Notes under the pieces: generated by a model
What the model was told of the DNA's origin: nothing
Seen by the model: only the letters and a program-made list of their open reading frames with translations
Database searches by the model: none
Translations under genes and position numbers: made by a program
Assembly: GCA_963835065.1 (NCBI GenBank)
Contig: CAWIEK010000059.1
Span: 1-51,077, forward strand
Reading direction: 5' to 3'
Source: an uncultured Chthonomonadaceae bacterium
GTDB taxonomy: Bacteria > Armatimonadota > Chthonomonadetes > Chthonomonadales > Chthonomonadaceae
DNA length: 51,077 nt
Part shown: piece by piece, positions 11,801-22,956 of the stretch
Numbering within the stretch: position 1 is the first letter of the stretch
Layout of the letters: each line of letters opens with the position of its first letter

Positions 11801-12570
11801 CCGGATTTCACGGGCGGGAGCCAGTTCCACGCTGGCCCGTTTGGTAATGCTGCGCTGCGAGGCCACGTCGAACACGCGCATGCTTTCGATCTCATCCCCG
11901 AACAGTTCAATCCGAACCGGCGCGTCACTGGTGGAGGAAAACACGTCCAGAATGCCGCCGCGCCGCGAAAACTCGCCCGGTCGCGTCACGGTATTGGCCG
12001 GCTCATAGCCCATCTGCACCAGGCGATGCAGAACATCGTCCATGTCCATCGAATCGCCCGCCTCGCAGTTCAAAGATGTGCGGCATCAGGTCTTCGCGCG
12101 GGACTGGTGCGCTGCAAAACGGCTTCCACCGTGCCAATCACGATGCAAGGCTCCTGTTTCGCCAGCAATGCCAATGCCCCAATCCGTTCGCCAATCACGC
12201 GAAAATCCGTAATATCGCCTTCCAGAAACTGGCTTTGCGAGGACGGCAGCACGGCCAATTGCTCGCTCGGAACGCCAAACCGCGTCAAATCGTCCCACAA
12301 GCGTTGCGCCTGCTCCTGCTGATACGTCACAACAAGCAGCGGCCGCTCCAGCCGCGCAAACAATCGCGCCAGCACATACCCCTTCGCCGGCCCCGCCAAT
12401 CCTTCGATTTCCACGGCAGGGGGAAATGATGAGTGATGAGTGATGAGTGATGAATTGGATTTAGATTCATCACTCATCATTCCGCGTTCATCACTTCTTT
12501 GTAGCGCTTTGACGAGATCGCCAAAGTCGGGAAGCGCGTCGGCCAAGCGGGGTAAATCGTTCAGTACCAT
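8891..12570 (-). CDS. mfd: Transcription-repair coupling factor Mfd (frameshift near 12070-12100)
   Basis: GEFSRRGGILDVF, CarD-like HIHHGIG, DRLICGDVGFGKTEVA, DEEQRFG, SATPIPRT and QLRGRVGR motifs plus a TRCF C-terminus. The N-terminal part lies in ORF 12070..12597. Confidence 0.95.
12426..12496. repeat. Heptamer tandem repeat (TGATGAG)n with an inverted partner, in-frame within the mfd N-terminus
   Basis: tgatgagtgatgagtgatgagtgatgaat...attcatcactcatca. Translates as SDERGMMSDESKSNSSLITHHSS. Confidence 0.8.
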
Positions 12571-12702
12571 GCAGGTGTGCTTTCGTGTTCGTTGCAAAGG
12601 GCGTATTGCGCCAAGTCTCGATTAGGAGAGAAGACCTTGACGTAAGTACGCGCAAAAATGTATCTGGCAGACGCGCCAATACGCGCCTGATGCAGTCTTT
12701 CC

Positions 12703-12737
12703 TCCTATTTTACTTATTCACTGCGCGAATCGTTCGC
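12703..12737 (+). repeat. Left copy of a 35-bp direct repeat bounding the island
   Basis: tcctattttacttattcactgcgcgaatcgttcgc, 31/35 identical to 21291-21325. Confidence 0.75.
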
Positions 12738-12915
12738 GCAAACAGAGGAAACCACTCTCCTGCGATGGCGTTACGCATTTGGAAGGATTTTCAAACATGC
12801 TTATGGCCTACCGTGTTCAGTTTTAAGCATAAAAAGCGCTCTTATGAGCAGGTTTTTTCGCTGGATGACTGTAATATAGTCCATGACTTTTGGATTAACT
12901 TGTTGGAGCTGATGT

Positions 12916-13982
12916 ATGAAGAGCAACATGAGTATTGAAACCCGCTGGAGAGAATATCTGGATGCGTCTGATAATGAAAGCGCCGGAATTATTTTTGGTC
13001 AACTTTTCACGCAAGCGAGAAAACCGCTGGATGATTTATTGATTAAAATTGGCGTTAAGAATCAGGAAGAACGCGAGGAGCGTTTACAGCAGGTCGGTAT
13101 CAAACTGTGGACGAGGCTGGAAAAACTACGTCAAAGTGGTGATAAAAATGTTGACAACTTCCTTTCGTATGCGTTTGCCGCAACGCGAAATCTCTGCATT
13201 GATATAGATGTTCGCCGCGCGAAACCTATTTGGAGCGATTTATATCTCAGGGTGCGTTGTGTGCTTACAGCGCAACACGAAGACAATCCTTTTTACATTT
13301 CAGGTAAGCGCCCCGCAGTATGCGGGTTGACGACATGGAAACGCAAATGGTTCTGGCACAGAAACTCGGCTGCCTCGCGCCTCGCCGACATTCAGGCTGA
13401 GAACTATCGTGAATTTCAAATGCATTGGGACAGGCAACATGGCAGCGATCTACGATGGGCAGATGCTGCTCTCCTGTTGCCGGACTTGATGCTGGCTGTG
13501 ATGCAATGGATAGAAACGCCGATTGCGGTCAATGAGTTGGTGTTTCATCTCAGCAATCTGATGCAGCATGGCGATGTTGCTGTGATTTCTACAGAAGAAC
13601 TGGCAGCAGATCAGAAACCGATCTTTGAGCCGCGCAGCACAGACGACCCCGCAGGCGAAGTCATAGCGCTTGACGGATTTCGGAAGGAATATGCCGCTTG
13701 GAATGATGCCATGCGCGCCGTAGTCCTGCTCGGCACGACACGGACAATGCTGATTTAGATCACCGAAGGGCATTCACCTGTCAGGGAGTTGACCCAAATA
13801 TTAGAGCGCGTTTTGAAAATTTCCTGCGAACAGGCAGAAAAGAAGGCCATCCAAGCCTGGGCAGATGTGCCCATGAGCAATGAGGATATTGCTGGCTGTT
13901 GCAGACACCCCTCAACAATGTGGAAGTTATGCGCAGTCGCGCATTGAGTTGGCTTTATCGTCGTTATAGCCAACTCGATTAA
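12916..13982 (+). pseudogene. ECF-type RNA polymerase sigma-factor-like protein with an internal TAG (13756) and a frameshift (~13893)
   Basis: Region-2-like EERLQQVGIKLW...NFLSYAFAATRNLCID. The frame continues past the TAG to PMSNEDIAG, then shifts to the region-4-like LLQTPLNNVEVMRSRAL...*. Confidence 0.6.
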
Positions 13983-14121
13983 TTCGGCAAACCCTCACCT
14001 GCCAACTATTTGTTGCTGAAAAGCATGGCTGTTGTAAGAAAATCGCTTCCGGTACGTCTGGCTGGATAGAGAGTATCGACAGCGAGTAACTCGAAAAATC
14101 CAAAAGAGTAATTCCGCTCTC

Positions 14122-15305
14122 GGTAGCACCACATTAAGTGGTGAAGAGCTGTTGTTCCTGTTTTGGTTTCCTGCCCCGCTTCTTTTGGGGCACAAAGGGC
14201 GGGGGCGGCACACGATAACACAGCAGCTCCCCAACGCTCCAGACGTGGTTGGTGAATCCTGCCGCCATTGCCGGCGTACACGGCGCGTCTTTAGACAGGC
14301 TCTGGTGGGGCGTACACCAGTTGTAGAAGCAGCCGAGCAGGTACATGTTGGCGGTCAAGGTTTCTGGCTTGCGCAGCAAGGCGCGTCCTTTGCGCGTCAG
14401 GGCACTCAGTCGCTGCCGAAACGTTGCGTTGAGGCGCTCAATGTAGGCGGTGTTGAGTACCTGTTGGGCAGGCAGCAGACGGGCAATCTGAGACGTGTCG
14501 CCGAACAAACGACATACGCCCACCCCGATACAGCGGCCTCGGTCGTAGGCTTTGACGGTTTGGGCCATCGCCACCTGTTTCCATGCCACCAAGGGCGGGC
14601 GTCCGCGCTTGCCTGTGGGCTGCGGGGTGCGAAACGCTTTGTGCCACGCCTCGGCATACCCGCGCCAGCCATCGGTGACGACGAGCAAAGGCGAGGTTTG
14701 CGCACACGCGGCTACCAGACAGGCAAGCGCGCGCAGGAAAGGCTTGTCCCGATGTTCGCTGACGACACCGCCCAGCCACAGGCGCGTGGGAACACAGATC
14801 GCCATCGCCAGCCAGAGGACCAGACGCTTCGCATCTTGACCGTATCTCGTCGGCTTGGACGTGCGCAAATCCATCGGGACAGACGTGACGAGCGCAGCGT
14901 GAACGGCCTCGGTATGCTGTCCTGCTTTGTGTTGCCAGGAAGCGACCGTGCGTTCATCATAGCCATAGGCGCGAACAATGGCTTGGGGCGGGCAGCCATT
15001 CATGAGTAGGGTCAAAATGAGCATCACGATCTTCGGATCGGTTTTGAGGCCGTGAAACGGCGTCCCTTGTCGGGCAGAAAACGTCTTCTTGCAAGTACGA
15101 CAACGCCAACGGTCGCGCAGACTATCGTGAACGACAATGTTGCCCTGATGTTGCAAGCCTCTTGACGAACATTCAGGATTAGGGCAAAATAGCGGATGTG
15201 GGTTCATGGCAGGTCCTCGTAAGAGTGATGTGGTAATCTTTCTTACGAACTGCCGAACCCACGTTGCGCTTATAACGACTTAGCACCGCTTTCTGCGGTG
15301 CTACC
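14122..15305 (-). mobile_element. IS1-family insertion sequence (1184 bp) with terminal inverted repeats and 8-bp target duplication CCGCTCTC
   Basis: Left IR ggtagcaccacattaagtggtg versus right IR (reverse complement) ggtagcaccgcagaaagcggtg. ccgctctc occurs at 14114-14121 and 15306-15313. Confidence 0.9.
14134..15207 (-). CDS. IS1-family transposase (Zn ribbon-HTH-DDE)
   Basis: CPNPEC...WRCRTC zinc ribbon, HTH, VTDGWRGY, NTAYIERLNATFRQ and TPAMAAG. The first catalytic Asp segment (QADE) is out of frame locally because of compensating indels. Confidence 0.85.
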   Translation of the reverse strand: MNPHPLFCPNPECSSRGLQHQGNIVVHDSLRDRWRCRTCKKTFSARQGTPFHGLKTDPKIVMLILTLLMNGCPPQAIVRAYGYDERTVASWQHKAGQHTEAVHAALVTSVPMDLRTSKPTRYGQDAKRLVLWLAMAICVPTRLWLGGVVSEHRDKPFLRALACLVAACAQTSPLLVVTDGWRGYAEAWHKAFRTPQPTGKRGRPPLVAWKQVAMAQTVKAYDRGRCIGVGVCRLFGDTSQIARLLPAQQVLNTAYIERLNATFRQRLSALTRKGRALLRKPETLTANMYLLGCFYNWCTPHQSLSKDAPCTPAMAAGFTNHVWSVGELLCYRVPPPPFVPQKKRGRKPKQEQQLFTT

Positions 15306-15332
15306 CCGCTCTCGATTAGGATAGGAAATTGC

Positions 15333-16267
15333 ATGGAACCACAAAACCCTTCCGTGACCTCGGAGGAAATCGAAGCCTACTTACAAGGAAAAATAACTTC
15401 CCTTGAAACGTTGCGCCGAATAGAGGCGCACTTAGAACAGTCTGACGAGGCGCGAGCGAATTTGCTGAAATGGTCAGGCGGACAGCAAAAAACAGCCTTC
15501 TGCAGCAAATTGCAGACAGCGCCGCCCTTGAAGACCAACCAATCCCGGATGAATTGGTTCTGAGTTATGTGATGGGAACAGCAACGCCGCTGGAACGCGA
15601 AATAGCAGAAACGCTGGCGGCTGATTCTGCGCGGGATCAGAAAGCAATAAATTTGCTGGCGTCGTTCCATCAGCAAATGCAGACTTATGACTGGCAGGCG
15701 CTCAAACAAACTGCGGAAAGCAAAGGCCGTAAGCCTGCCGCGCAAGCGCAGGGCTATTGGGAGCGGCGCAACAGGGCCGGACTGTTCGGAAGGTCATCCA
15801 TTATGGCGGGAGCCTTTTGCTGTCTTCTAACCGTTACTCTGTTAAATACATGGCTGCTTCTGCGTCCCGTATCTCACAGCGACGCCCAGGCCAAAGGAGG
15901 CATTATCTTGCCGATGGCTGATACGCCAAAAACGCCTGCTTCCGATAAGGATGAACTTTATGCTTCGCGCAGCGCGGCGGAAGACAAGCAGCGCAGCGCC
16001 TATCTTCTTGCCGCTTTGCAACTGGCGCGCGAACAGATGGGGCAGAACAGCCGGGATGCAGCCGAGTGTTATCGCAGCCTGGGGCGTTTCTACATGGAGA
16101 GCGGGCGACAGGCCGAGGCGCGGCAGAACCTCCAAAAGGCGGCAGACATTTTTAGCGCCCAAAAATTGGAGGATAGTCAGGAGTGTATAGACACAAACAT
16201 GCTGTTAAATCGTCTGCCCGACGAACCTGCCTCCCCGAACCACACCGAACGCCCCGAAAAAAAATAA
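15333..16267 (+). CDS. Anti-sigma-like membrane protein with a C-terminal TPR (frameshift ~15465)
   Basis: N-terminal EEIEAYLQG...IEAHLEQS is anti-sigma-like. TM segment AFCCLLTVTLLNTWLLL. TPR-like AAECYRSLGRFYMESGRQAEARQNLQKA. Lies downstream of the sigma factor. Confidence 0.55.
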
Positions 16268-16421
16268 TTTATTTTATCAGCAGCCTGTAAGTTAGCGGCG
16301 TTTCTCTCGTTTCGTGTAAATAAGCGGGGCCGATGAACGGGAAGAAGAAAGAGCGGAGTAACCTGTTCCCTTTGCTGTTCCAGCAAAACGGAGGATGCTC
16401 CCCGCAGAAGGAGAAACGACG

Positions 16422-16796
16422 ATGGCTGATTTGCTGAAGGGTTTGCTGCAATGGGATCGGATGCTTGCGACAAAGCTCATCAAAGGCTTTTACATTTGGG
16501 GGCTTGTCGTATGGGGATTGATCGGGGCCGGCCTGGTGCTGACGAGTTTTGGCCTGTTCGCAACACATGGCGTCATCATGGGGCTGATTGCCTTACTTTT
16601 CACCCTGGGGTTGGTGGTTTGCGCTGTCATTTCTTTGCGCGTAACATGTGAGTTGGCGTTACTATTTTTCCTCATGCACGAGAATCTGGCGGATATTCGC
16701 AACGTTCAGGTGGGTGTGGAGAGGGGAACGTTTCCCGTGAACGTGCCTTCTATCCCGGTGATGCAAGCGCATCTGCCGCCGCTGAGTTCGCGCTGA
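16422..16796 (+). CDS. DUF4282-like membrane protein
   Basis: WDRMLATKLIKGFY...two TM helices...LRVTCELALLFFLMHENL pattern. AAGGAG RBS. Confidence 0.65.
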   Translation: MADLLKGLLQWDRMLATKLIKGFYIWGLVVWGLIGAGLVLTSFGLFATHGVIMGLIALLFTLGLVVCAVISLRVTCELALLFFLMHENLADIRNVQVGVERGTFPVNVPSIPVMQAHLPPLSSR

Positions 16797-16943
16797 CGGA
16801 CTGTGCTGCAAAGGCTGTGCTGCGCGGCAGAAAACGTTCTCACCTTTTCTGACACGCAGCACATCGCCTGCTCGCCCTGATACTTTGCTGACCTGATGCC
16901 TGCCGACGTAACTGCTTCATGGCGGTTCGCTGCAAGGAGGTGT

Positions 16944-17666
16944 ATGATGTTCTTTTATTTTTTGCTGCTCACCAGCGCTGCCGTTGCAATCGCGCGTTAT
17001 CTCATTCTGCAATACAACCAGCTTCAGGCGCTGGCGCAGCAGGTTCACGCGGGCCGCGCTCATGTCATGGCTGCCATGAAGAAAAAAGTGGATTTGATCA
17101 ACAGCCTTCAGGCAACGGTGAAAAACTACGCGGACCATGAAAAACTGACGCACATCACTATCGCCCAAACGAACACGGAAGGTGATCCTACTGCCCTGAT
17201 TGGAGCCGCGCACCTAGCAAGTGACAGGATGCCGATTATCACTCGCATGGCGACTTAACTGCCCGCGCTCCGAGCAGATGGAACCTTCCAAAACCTTATG
17301 GACCAGAACGCGATGGTAGAGCAGGATATTCAAGCCGCCCGAATGCACTTTACCGAGCAGGCGCGGATATACAATACGTTCCGCGCCCAGTTCCCGACGG
17401 TGCTGTTTGCCGCCAACATAGGCTTTCCTGAAGCGCCGATGTTCGACACGGAGGACGAAACCGTTCAAGAGTTCAAAAGCGACGATGGCGCAATGGTTCG
17501 CGCTTTGTTCAATGATGCCGGAAGGGTTGTCGCCACGAAATCTTCGCAACTCGGCAGAGTGGTGGTTTCCAAAGGCCGCGAAATGACGCAGCGGACGCCT
17601 GCGGCGATGCAGCCAACCAGCAGCGCCGCCCCAATGGAGGAATCCCACGTTATTATGACGGAATAA
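16944..17666 (+). pseudogene. lemA: LemA-family protein with an in-frame TAA at 17256-17258
   Basis: N-terminal TM, YNQLQ...KKVDLINSL..VKNYADHE, then *LPALRADGTF...YNTFRAQFPTVLFA continues in the same frame. Confidence 0.75.
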
Positions 17667-17812
17667 AAGACAGCAAAAATGCTGATCTTTTCTCGCAAGC
17701 AAGACCGACGCATTTCAAGCAAGACTGACTTTCTCACGTAAGACTGACTCACTCCGGTTTCCCGCTTGGCGGGAAACCATGCCCAATCGTTCTCAAGAAG
17801 AGGAGTGTCATC

Positions 17813-20800
17813 ATGAGCGGTTTCCTGTCTCCCATCGGCCCCGGACGTTCTCTCGCGTTCCCCGTCCCGAAGGCGTCTCATCCACCGAAGTTTGCCCTGC
17901 TGCTCGCTCTGTTGAGTTTGCTGGCTCCGTTGCGCGCTCACGCTCAGGGCAAGAACACGGATACAAAAGCGAAGGACTACCCTAAAGTTACCGTGCTGCC
18001 GTTCGTGCCGCCGCGTAACTACTGGGTCGGTAACTATTACTGGTACCAGAGCGGCAGCGATATGGCGCTTCGCGTAGAAGACAAACTTCTCAGCCACAAG
18101 CCCTCGGTTCCCATCGTGGAACGTCAGTACATGAAGGACTTGGATCAGGAAAAACTGCTCGGCAGTATCGGCTCCGTCAGGGATGCCGCCCAACTGGGAC
18201 AGGGAAGCGGGGCGAAGCTGATGGTGATCGGCTCCATTGAGGAACTGTCCCATAGCGAACAAACAGTTATCGTTGTGAAGAAGGTGATATTGCGGGCTAA
18301 AATCAAGGCTAGGCTGGTGGATATACGTACCACTGAAGTTCTCGCAAACTTCGAGAATATCGAAGGCAAAGATGACAAGGGCTTCCGCCTCAATGTGAAG
18401 ATCCTAGACAATCCGTTCGATGAGAAGTTGATAGGCCTGGAGCATAACCCTTACCACAAGGCACTGGAAGATGCGGCGGGGAAACTTGCCAATGAGGTCG
18501 AGAAGTTTCTGCAAACCTATACGCCGCCGCCTGGAGGTGGCCCGGTAGTCGGCGATGAGACCAAGCCGATTTGCCGAACGCTGGAGATTACGCAGGAAGC
18601 GCCAATCACCGGGCCTCATGCTGATGCGGTTTCCGCCGCGCAGCGCAAGGCGCTTGTGGACGCGCTGCATCGCGCGGTAGCGCTGTACCTCTCCCCGGAG
18701 GCACGAAAACGACAGGAAGCGCAATTGCAGGAGCGCATTTACAACACCCCGGAGCGTTTCGCTAAGATCGAGGGAAAGCCCATCACCGAGAAAGATGACA
18801 ACGGCGTGTATCGCGCGACCATGCGGACGTCCGTTTTTCTGACCGACCCGAAAGAGGGAAATTGCCGCGCCCTGCCTTCGATGCTCAAGGAAATGGGCCT
18901 GAATCCCCACATCAAGGGACGAGTCGCCGTTGTAATCCCGGAAGCGCATCTACAGCGTCCTCGCGTTCCCGACCCCGCCGTGGAAACAGCAATTGAATCG
19001 AAACTGCAGGAAGCCGGTTTTGATTTGGCCGACTCGCAGCGCGTCATGAAACTCCGCGAGATGGATTGGCACACTCTGATGGCGCAGGGAGCGCTGCCGC
19101 CGAGCGAACTGGAGCGTTTCCGCAGCGACCTGGGAACCGATGTCGAGTACTTGATTTGGGGAGAAGCGTTCAGCCAGCGATTGGAAGTAAATCGACCTGG
19201 CAACGGCTTTGGCAACGGCGCTACGCTACCGAAGTGCGCGGCGCGCGCTGAAGTTAAGATCACGCGGCTTGCCGACGGCGCAAAGATACATTCTGACGCT
19301 GTCACTGATGTGCAGGAGACCGGCTCGACGGAAGAGATTGCGGGCAAGGCGGCGCTGGAAAAGGCAGGGGGCATGCTCGGCTTCCAAAGCCATCAATCAG
19401 TTCATCAACAACCTTCCCGAATGGACGGATGGCTCGGATGCTCCTCCTGGCGCTAATGGAGCGGCTCCTCCTGCCGCGAAAACAACCCATAGCTGGCAGG
19501 TCGTGATCCGAGGCTGGACGGATTACAACGACTCCCAGGATTTTGTGAATAAGTTGAAGGGCGTCGCGGGTATTACCAGCGTCAGCGGTCCGTTTGAAGC
19601 ACCTGTGCGTACCTTGAAGATCGAGACCGAAGGGGACGCGGTGGATAACCTGCCGACAATCATATCCAAAGATGATGCCCTGAAATCCTTTCACATCAAG
19701 GTCAAATCCGTGAATGGATTCAAAATTGAAGCCACCTATGACCCGGATGCGGCAGACGCGCCGCCTGCCACAAAAGCCAGCGACAAGCCCAAAGCCAGCG
19801 ACAAGCCGAAAGGCAGCCCCAAACCCGGCACGAAGCCGATGAAGTCCGCGGCGACGCTCCCCCATTATGGGGGGGCGTCGTTAGTGTGGATGCGCAGGCC
19901 GAGAATACACCGGTGCTATGCGGACGTTCCCACCCGTAACAGAACGTCGTTGGCTTCAAGGCTCGTGGTAGAGAAAGGAGGGACAGACAAAGGCGGGAGA
20001 AGTTTTGCTGTTGTAGTCACAGCATCCCAATACCCGGTAAAGGAGCAGTGCCTGCCATACGCCCGCAAAGATGGAGAGCGTTTTTTGCAGGCATTGGGGG
20101 TTCCAAGCGAACGAACATTGTTTTTATATGACGATAACCCGGATACGCGCCTGCGCCTTACCCATGAAAACATTCTTGCGGCATTAAAGCGCCTTGCCAT
20201 GCAAACGCGCAAGGGAGATACCCTTTGGTTCTACTTCAGCGGGCATGGAATATACGAAAACCGCTCCTCGTATCTGATTTTCCCTCCGCAAGGAACCTTC
20301 CCTAATGCGCTTCGCATCGCCGACATACGCCAAACTCTAAATACTCCACGTGTCTGTGCGGCACAGCGGCGAGTTTTAGTGATAGATGCTTGTCAGTCTG
20401 GTTCGCCAAAATCCCTTCAGGAGGCATCCCTGGACACTGTGTTCGGCAAAAGCGAGTTGACGATTATCATGGCAGCCGCGCAAATCAACCAATCGGCGTG
20501 GACGCTTCCAAATTACGGAAGCGTATTTACTTATGTTCTTGCAAAGGAACTGGCAGGGTACTCGGCTACCGCAGATGCACCCTGGATCACTTATAGCAAA
20601 CTGCGCGACAACGTCCGCGCAAGGGTGCGGGAACTTTGTCAAAAAAATGGCGTTGCTGTGCAGACGCCGGTTTTCTTCCCCTATAGCATCCGCGACGATA
20701 AGCCATTGGCAAAACGCAATGAGGCTCTGCTGACGCAGTTGAGCGACGCCGAGACTGCCGAGTTGGAGGCGCGTCCTGTGCTGAAGCCCGGCCTCATCGT

Positions 20801-21272
20801 ACTGCTTGACGAATTGCGCACTCGGCGCAACGGAACTCAAACAACGAGCCATGACGCACAGACTGTTCTAGAAGGCGTACTTACCCAAAATGAAGTTCCC
20901 GTTCTTGCCGAAGAAGCGGTTGCTCCATTCCTGGCGCGTCTGAAGAATCCGAATGCGGTTGTCGCCGCCAAACAAGCGCAGGCCATGAATGCCTGGCTGC
21001 TGGCGCGCGGCGAGGTGGAGACGGTTGCGGAAGAGTGTTCTTATATGCCGGGAGCCATCTGCGTCAAGGCAACCGCGAACATTCAGTTGATTGATATCGC
21101 GGGAAACGTATTGGCAACTTTTCCTCGTGTTCCCCGCGCCTTTCAGGGGGAAGGTACCGGAGAAGTTGATGCAGCGCAACGCGCTCTGGAAAAACTCAAG
21201 CAAGCGCTGGTGAAAGAACTCTTGCCCACAATTCAAAAGCAACTCACTTTACATTCGGAGTTGAAAAAATAA
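17813..21272 (+). CDS. Large secreted CsgG-like/FlgT-like + caspase (peptidase C14) domain protein (frameshift ~19378)
   Basis: Signal peptide. CsgG-like IVERQYM..LDQE...AAQLG..GAKLMVIGSI...ARLVDIRTTEV. Caspase dyad in WFYFSGHG and VIDACQSG. The two ORFs join on removing one base in ATGCTCGGCTTCC. Confidence 0.65.
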
Positions 21273-21290
21273 TAGATTGAGGACATCTCT

Positions 21291-21325
21291 TCCTATTTTA
21301 CCTGTTCACGGCGCAAATCGTTCGC
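21291..21325 (+). repeat. Right copy of the 35-bp direct repeat bounding the island
   Basis: tcctattttacctgttcacggcgcaaatcgttcgc, 31/35 identical to 12703-12737. Confidence 0.75.
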
Positions 21326-21371
21326 ATTGCGCGGCCATTTGCCTGCGCTCCAAACGTGATTAACAACAACA

Positions 21372-21404
21372 AAGCGTTCGCTGTCGCAGTGACAGCGAAC
21401 GCTT
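21372..21404. terminator. Hairpin, likely terminator between convergent genes
   Basis: aagcgttcgctgtc / gacagcgaacgctt form a perfect 14-bp inverted repeat. Confidence 0.65.
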
Positions 21405-21481
21405 GAAAATAGAACTACAAAAATTAATTACAAACTAAACCAAAAACTTATTTGAATTGGAAAGGCTTGGGAAGGGCCGCG

Positions 21482-21730
21482 TCAGTTACGCGCTTCCTGC
21501 GCCTGAACCTTAATGTTCTCGAGATAGTCCAGAATGTGCCGGCAGTGGAAGGCAACCGAGTCTTCCATGCCGCGCGCTTCAGCCCATTCCATGCGGCGGG
21601 TATGGTACTCGATTTCAATCCATAGGGCATTGATAGGTTCCGTGAGAGTGCGAATATTGCGCGACCGGGTGGCGTACCACTTGTCACAGTCCTTGATAGC
21701 GGCGCGGACTGTGGCGGTTATTGGCTGCAT
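21482..21730 (-). CDS. Small hypothetical protein (82 aa)
   Basis: Strong AAAGGAG RBS before the ATG. Helical-looking sequence. Confidence 0.55.
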   Translation of the reverse strand: MQPITATVRAAIKDCDKWYATRSRNIRTLTEPINALWIEIEYHTRRMEWAEARGMEDSVAFHCRHILDYLENIKVQAQEARN

Positions 21731-21766
21731 TTACGTCTCCTTTTTCCAATGTCTTGATTGAAGCAT

Positions 21767-21831
21767 GGTATTCGGTATTCGGTGTTCGGTGTTCGGTATT
21801 CAGGTGTTCAGATATTCGGGTATTGGGTGTT
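21767..21831. repeat. Heptamer tandem repeat (GGTATTC/GGTGTTC)n
   Basis: ggtattcggtattcggtgttcggtgttcggtattc... degenerates to the right. Confidence 0.75.
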
Positions 21832-22079
21832 TGGCAACTTCGGTTTGTTCCTGCGCCGGGGTTGCGGTATCAAAGCTTGGATACTTCGCGGTATGCCTGC
21901 TTTTGTTGCCTCTGCCACCTGCGAACAATGCCAGTATACTCCTGTGTTCCTTAAAATTCTGTGAGATACGTCACTCCTTTCGTGTGGTTTGCGCAACAGC
22001 CGCTTTTCGGCTCCCTGGCCGTCTCATTCCCCGTCTATAAATTCTGTGCAGAAGGCGCGAAGCGATACCAATAATTCCC

Positions 22080-22178
22080 AACAGGGAACAGGGAACAGGG
22101 AACAGGGAAAAGACAATCCACAATCGGCAATGAGCAATTGACAGTGGATTCATCCTTCATCCTTCATCCTTCATCCTT
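22080..22178 (+). repeat. Composite heptamer cassette (ACAGGGA)n-(CAATCGG-like)-(TTCATCC)n
   Basis: Read directly from the sequence upstream of flgF. The same family order occurs at 39881-39982 (-). Confidence 0.8.
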
Positions 22179-22206
22179 TCCTCATCCCCAACACCGGAGC
22201 AAATTT

Positions 22207-22956
22207 ATGGAACGCGGACTTTACGCCGCCGCCTCGGCGATGCTGGCGCAGCAGGCTATTCAGGAACACTTGGCCCAAAACATTGCCAACACGAACACGG
22301 TGGGCTATAAGCAGGACAATCCGACGTTCAAGGCCTTGCATGGCATGATGCTGCAGCGCAATCTCAATGGTTCCGGGGGTGGCCCGCAGATCGGCGAATT
22401 GGGCATGGGCGTGGAAACCGGCCAGGTGTATACGGAATGGCAGAACGGCGCTTTTGCCGCAACCGGCAACCCGCTCGACGCCAGCCTTGACAGCGGCTTG
22501 TTTTTTGCGGTGCGCGGTCAGCAGGGCGAGCGTTATACCCGCGCGGGCAATTTCAAACTGGACGGCGCAGGCAACCTCCTTACCGCCAATGACGAACCCG
22601 TTTTAGGCATCAACAATCAGCCTATCGTGGCGCGCGGCAACGGCAACGTGTCTATTGAATCAACCGGCAATGTCCGGCTGAACGGCGCTGTAGTCGGCCA
22701 ACTCAAAATCGTGCAGGGCGACCCGGCGCAAATGCGCAAGGAAGGCGACAGCCTGTTTTCCGCCGCGCCCACCGCCGTCCGACCCATTGCCAACGCGAGC
22801 GTCCATGCCGGCACATTGGAACAATCCAACGTCAACGGCGTCCGCTCCCTTGTCGAAATGATGACCGTGTCGCGCGGCTTCGACATGGCGCAGCGCGCCC
22901 TCATCACCCAGGACGAACTGCTGAAACATGCCAGCAGTGAGTTAGGCAAACTTTAG
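22207..22956 (+). CDS. flgF: Flagellar basal-body rod protein FlgF (FlgF/G family)
   Basis: AQNIANTNTVGYK, YTRAGNF and GTLEQSNV motifs. Precedes flgG. Confidence 0.85.
   Translation: MERGLYAAASAMLAQQAIQEHLAQNIANTNTVGYKQDNPTFKALHGMMLQRNLNGSGGGPQIGELGMGVETGQVYTEWQNGAFAATGNPLDASLDSGLFFAVRGQQGERYTRAGNFKLDGAGNLLTANDEPVLGINNQPIVARGNGNVSIESTGNVRLNGAVVGQLKIVQGDPAQMRKEGDSLFSAAPTAVRPIANASVHAGTLEQSNVNGVRSLVEMMTVSRGFDMAQRALITQDELLKHASSELGKL

Noticed and set aside
12060..12105. Frameshift in mfd as programmed frameshifting or pseudogenisation
   Set aside because: Similar single-base indels break flgI, the DUF2961 gene, the GNAT gene and others, and no slippery motif is present. Assembly or sequencing error is the simplest explanation.
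13756..17258. In-frame TAG/TAA as stop-codon reassignment
   Set aside because: TAG and TAA terminate many normal genes in this window.
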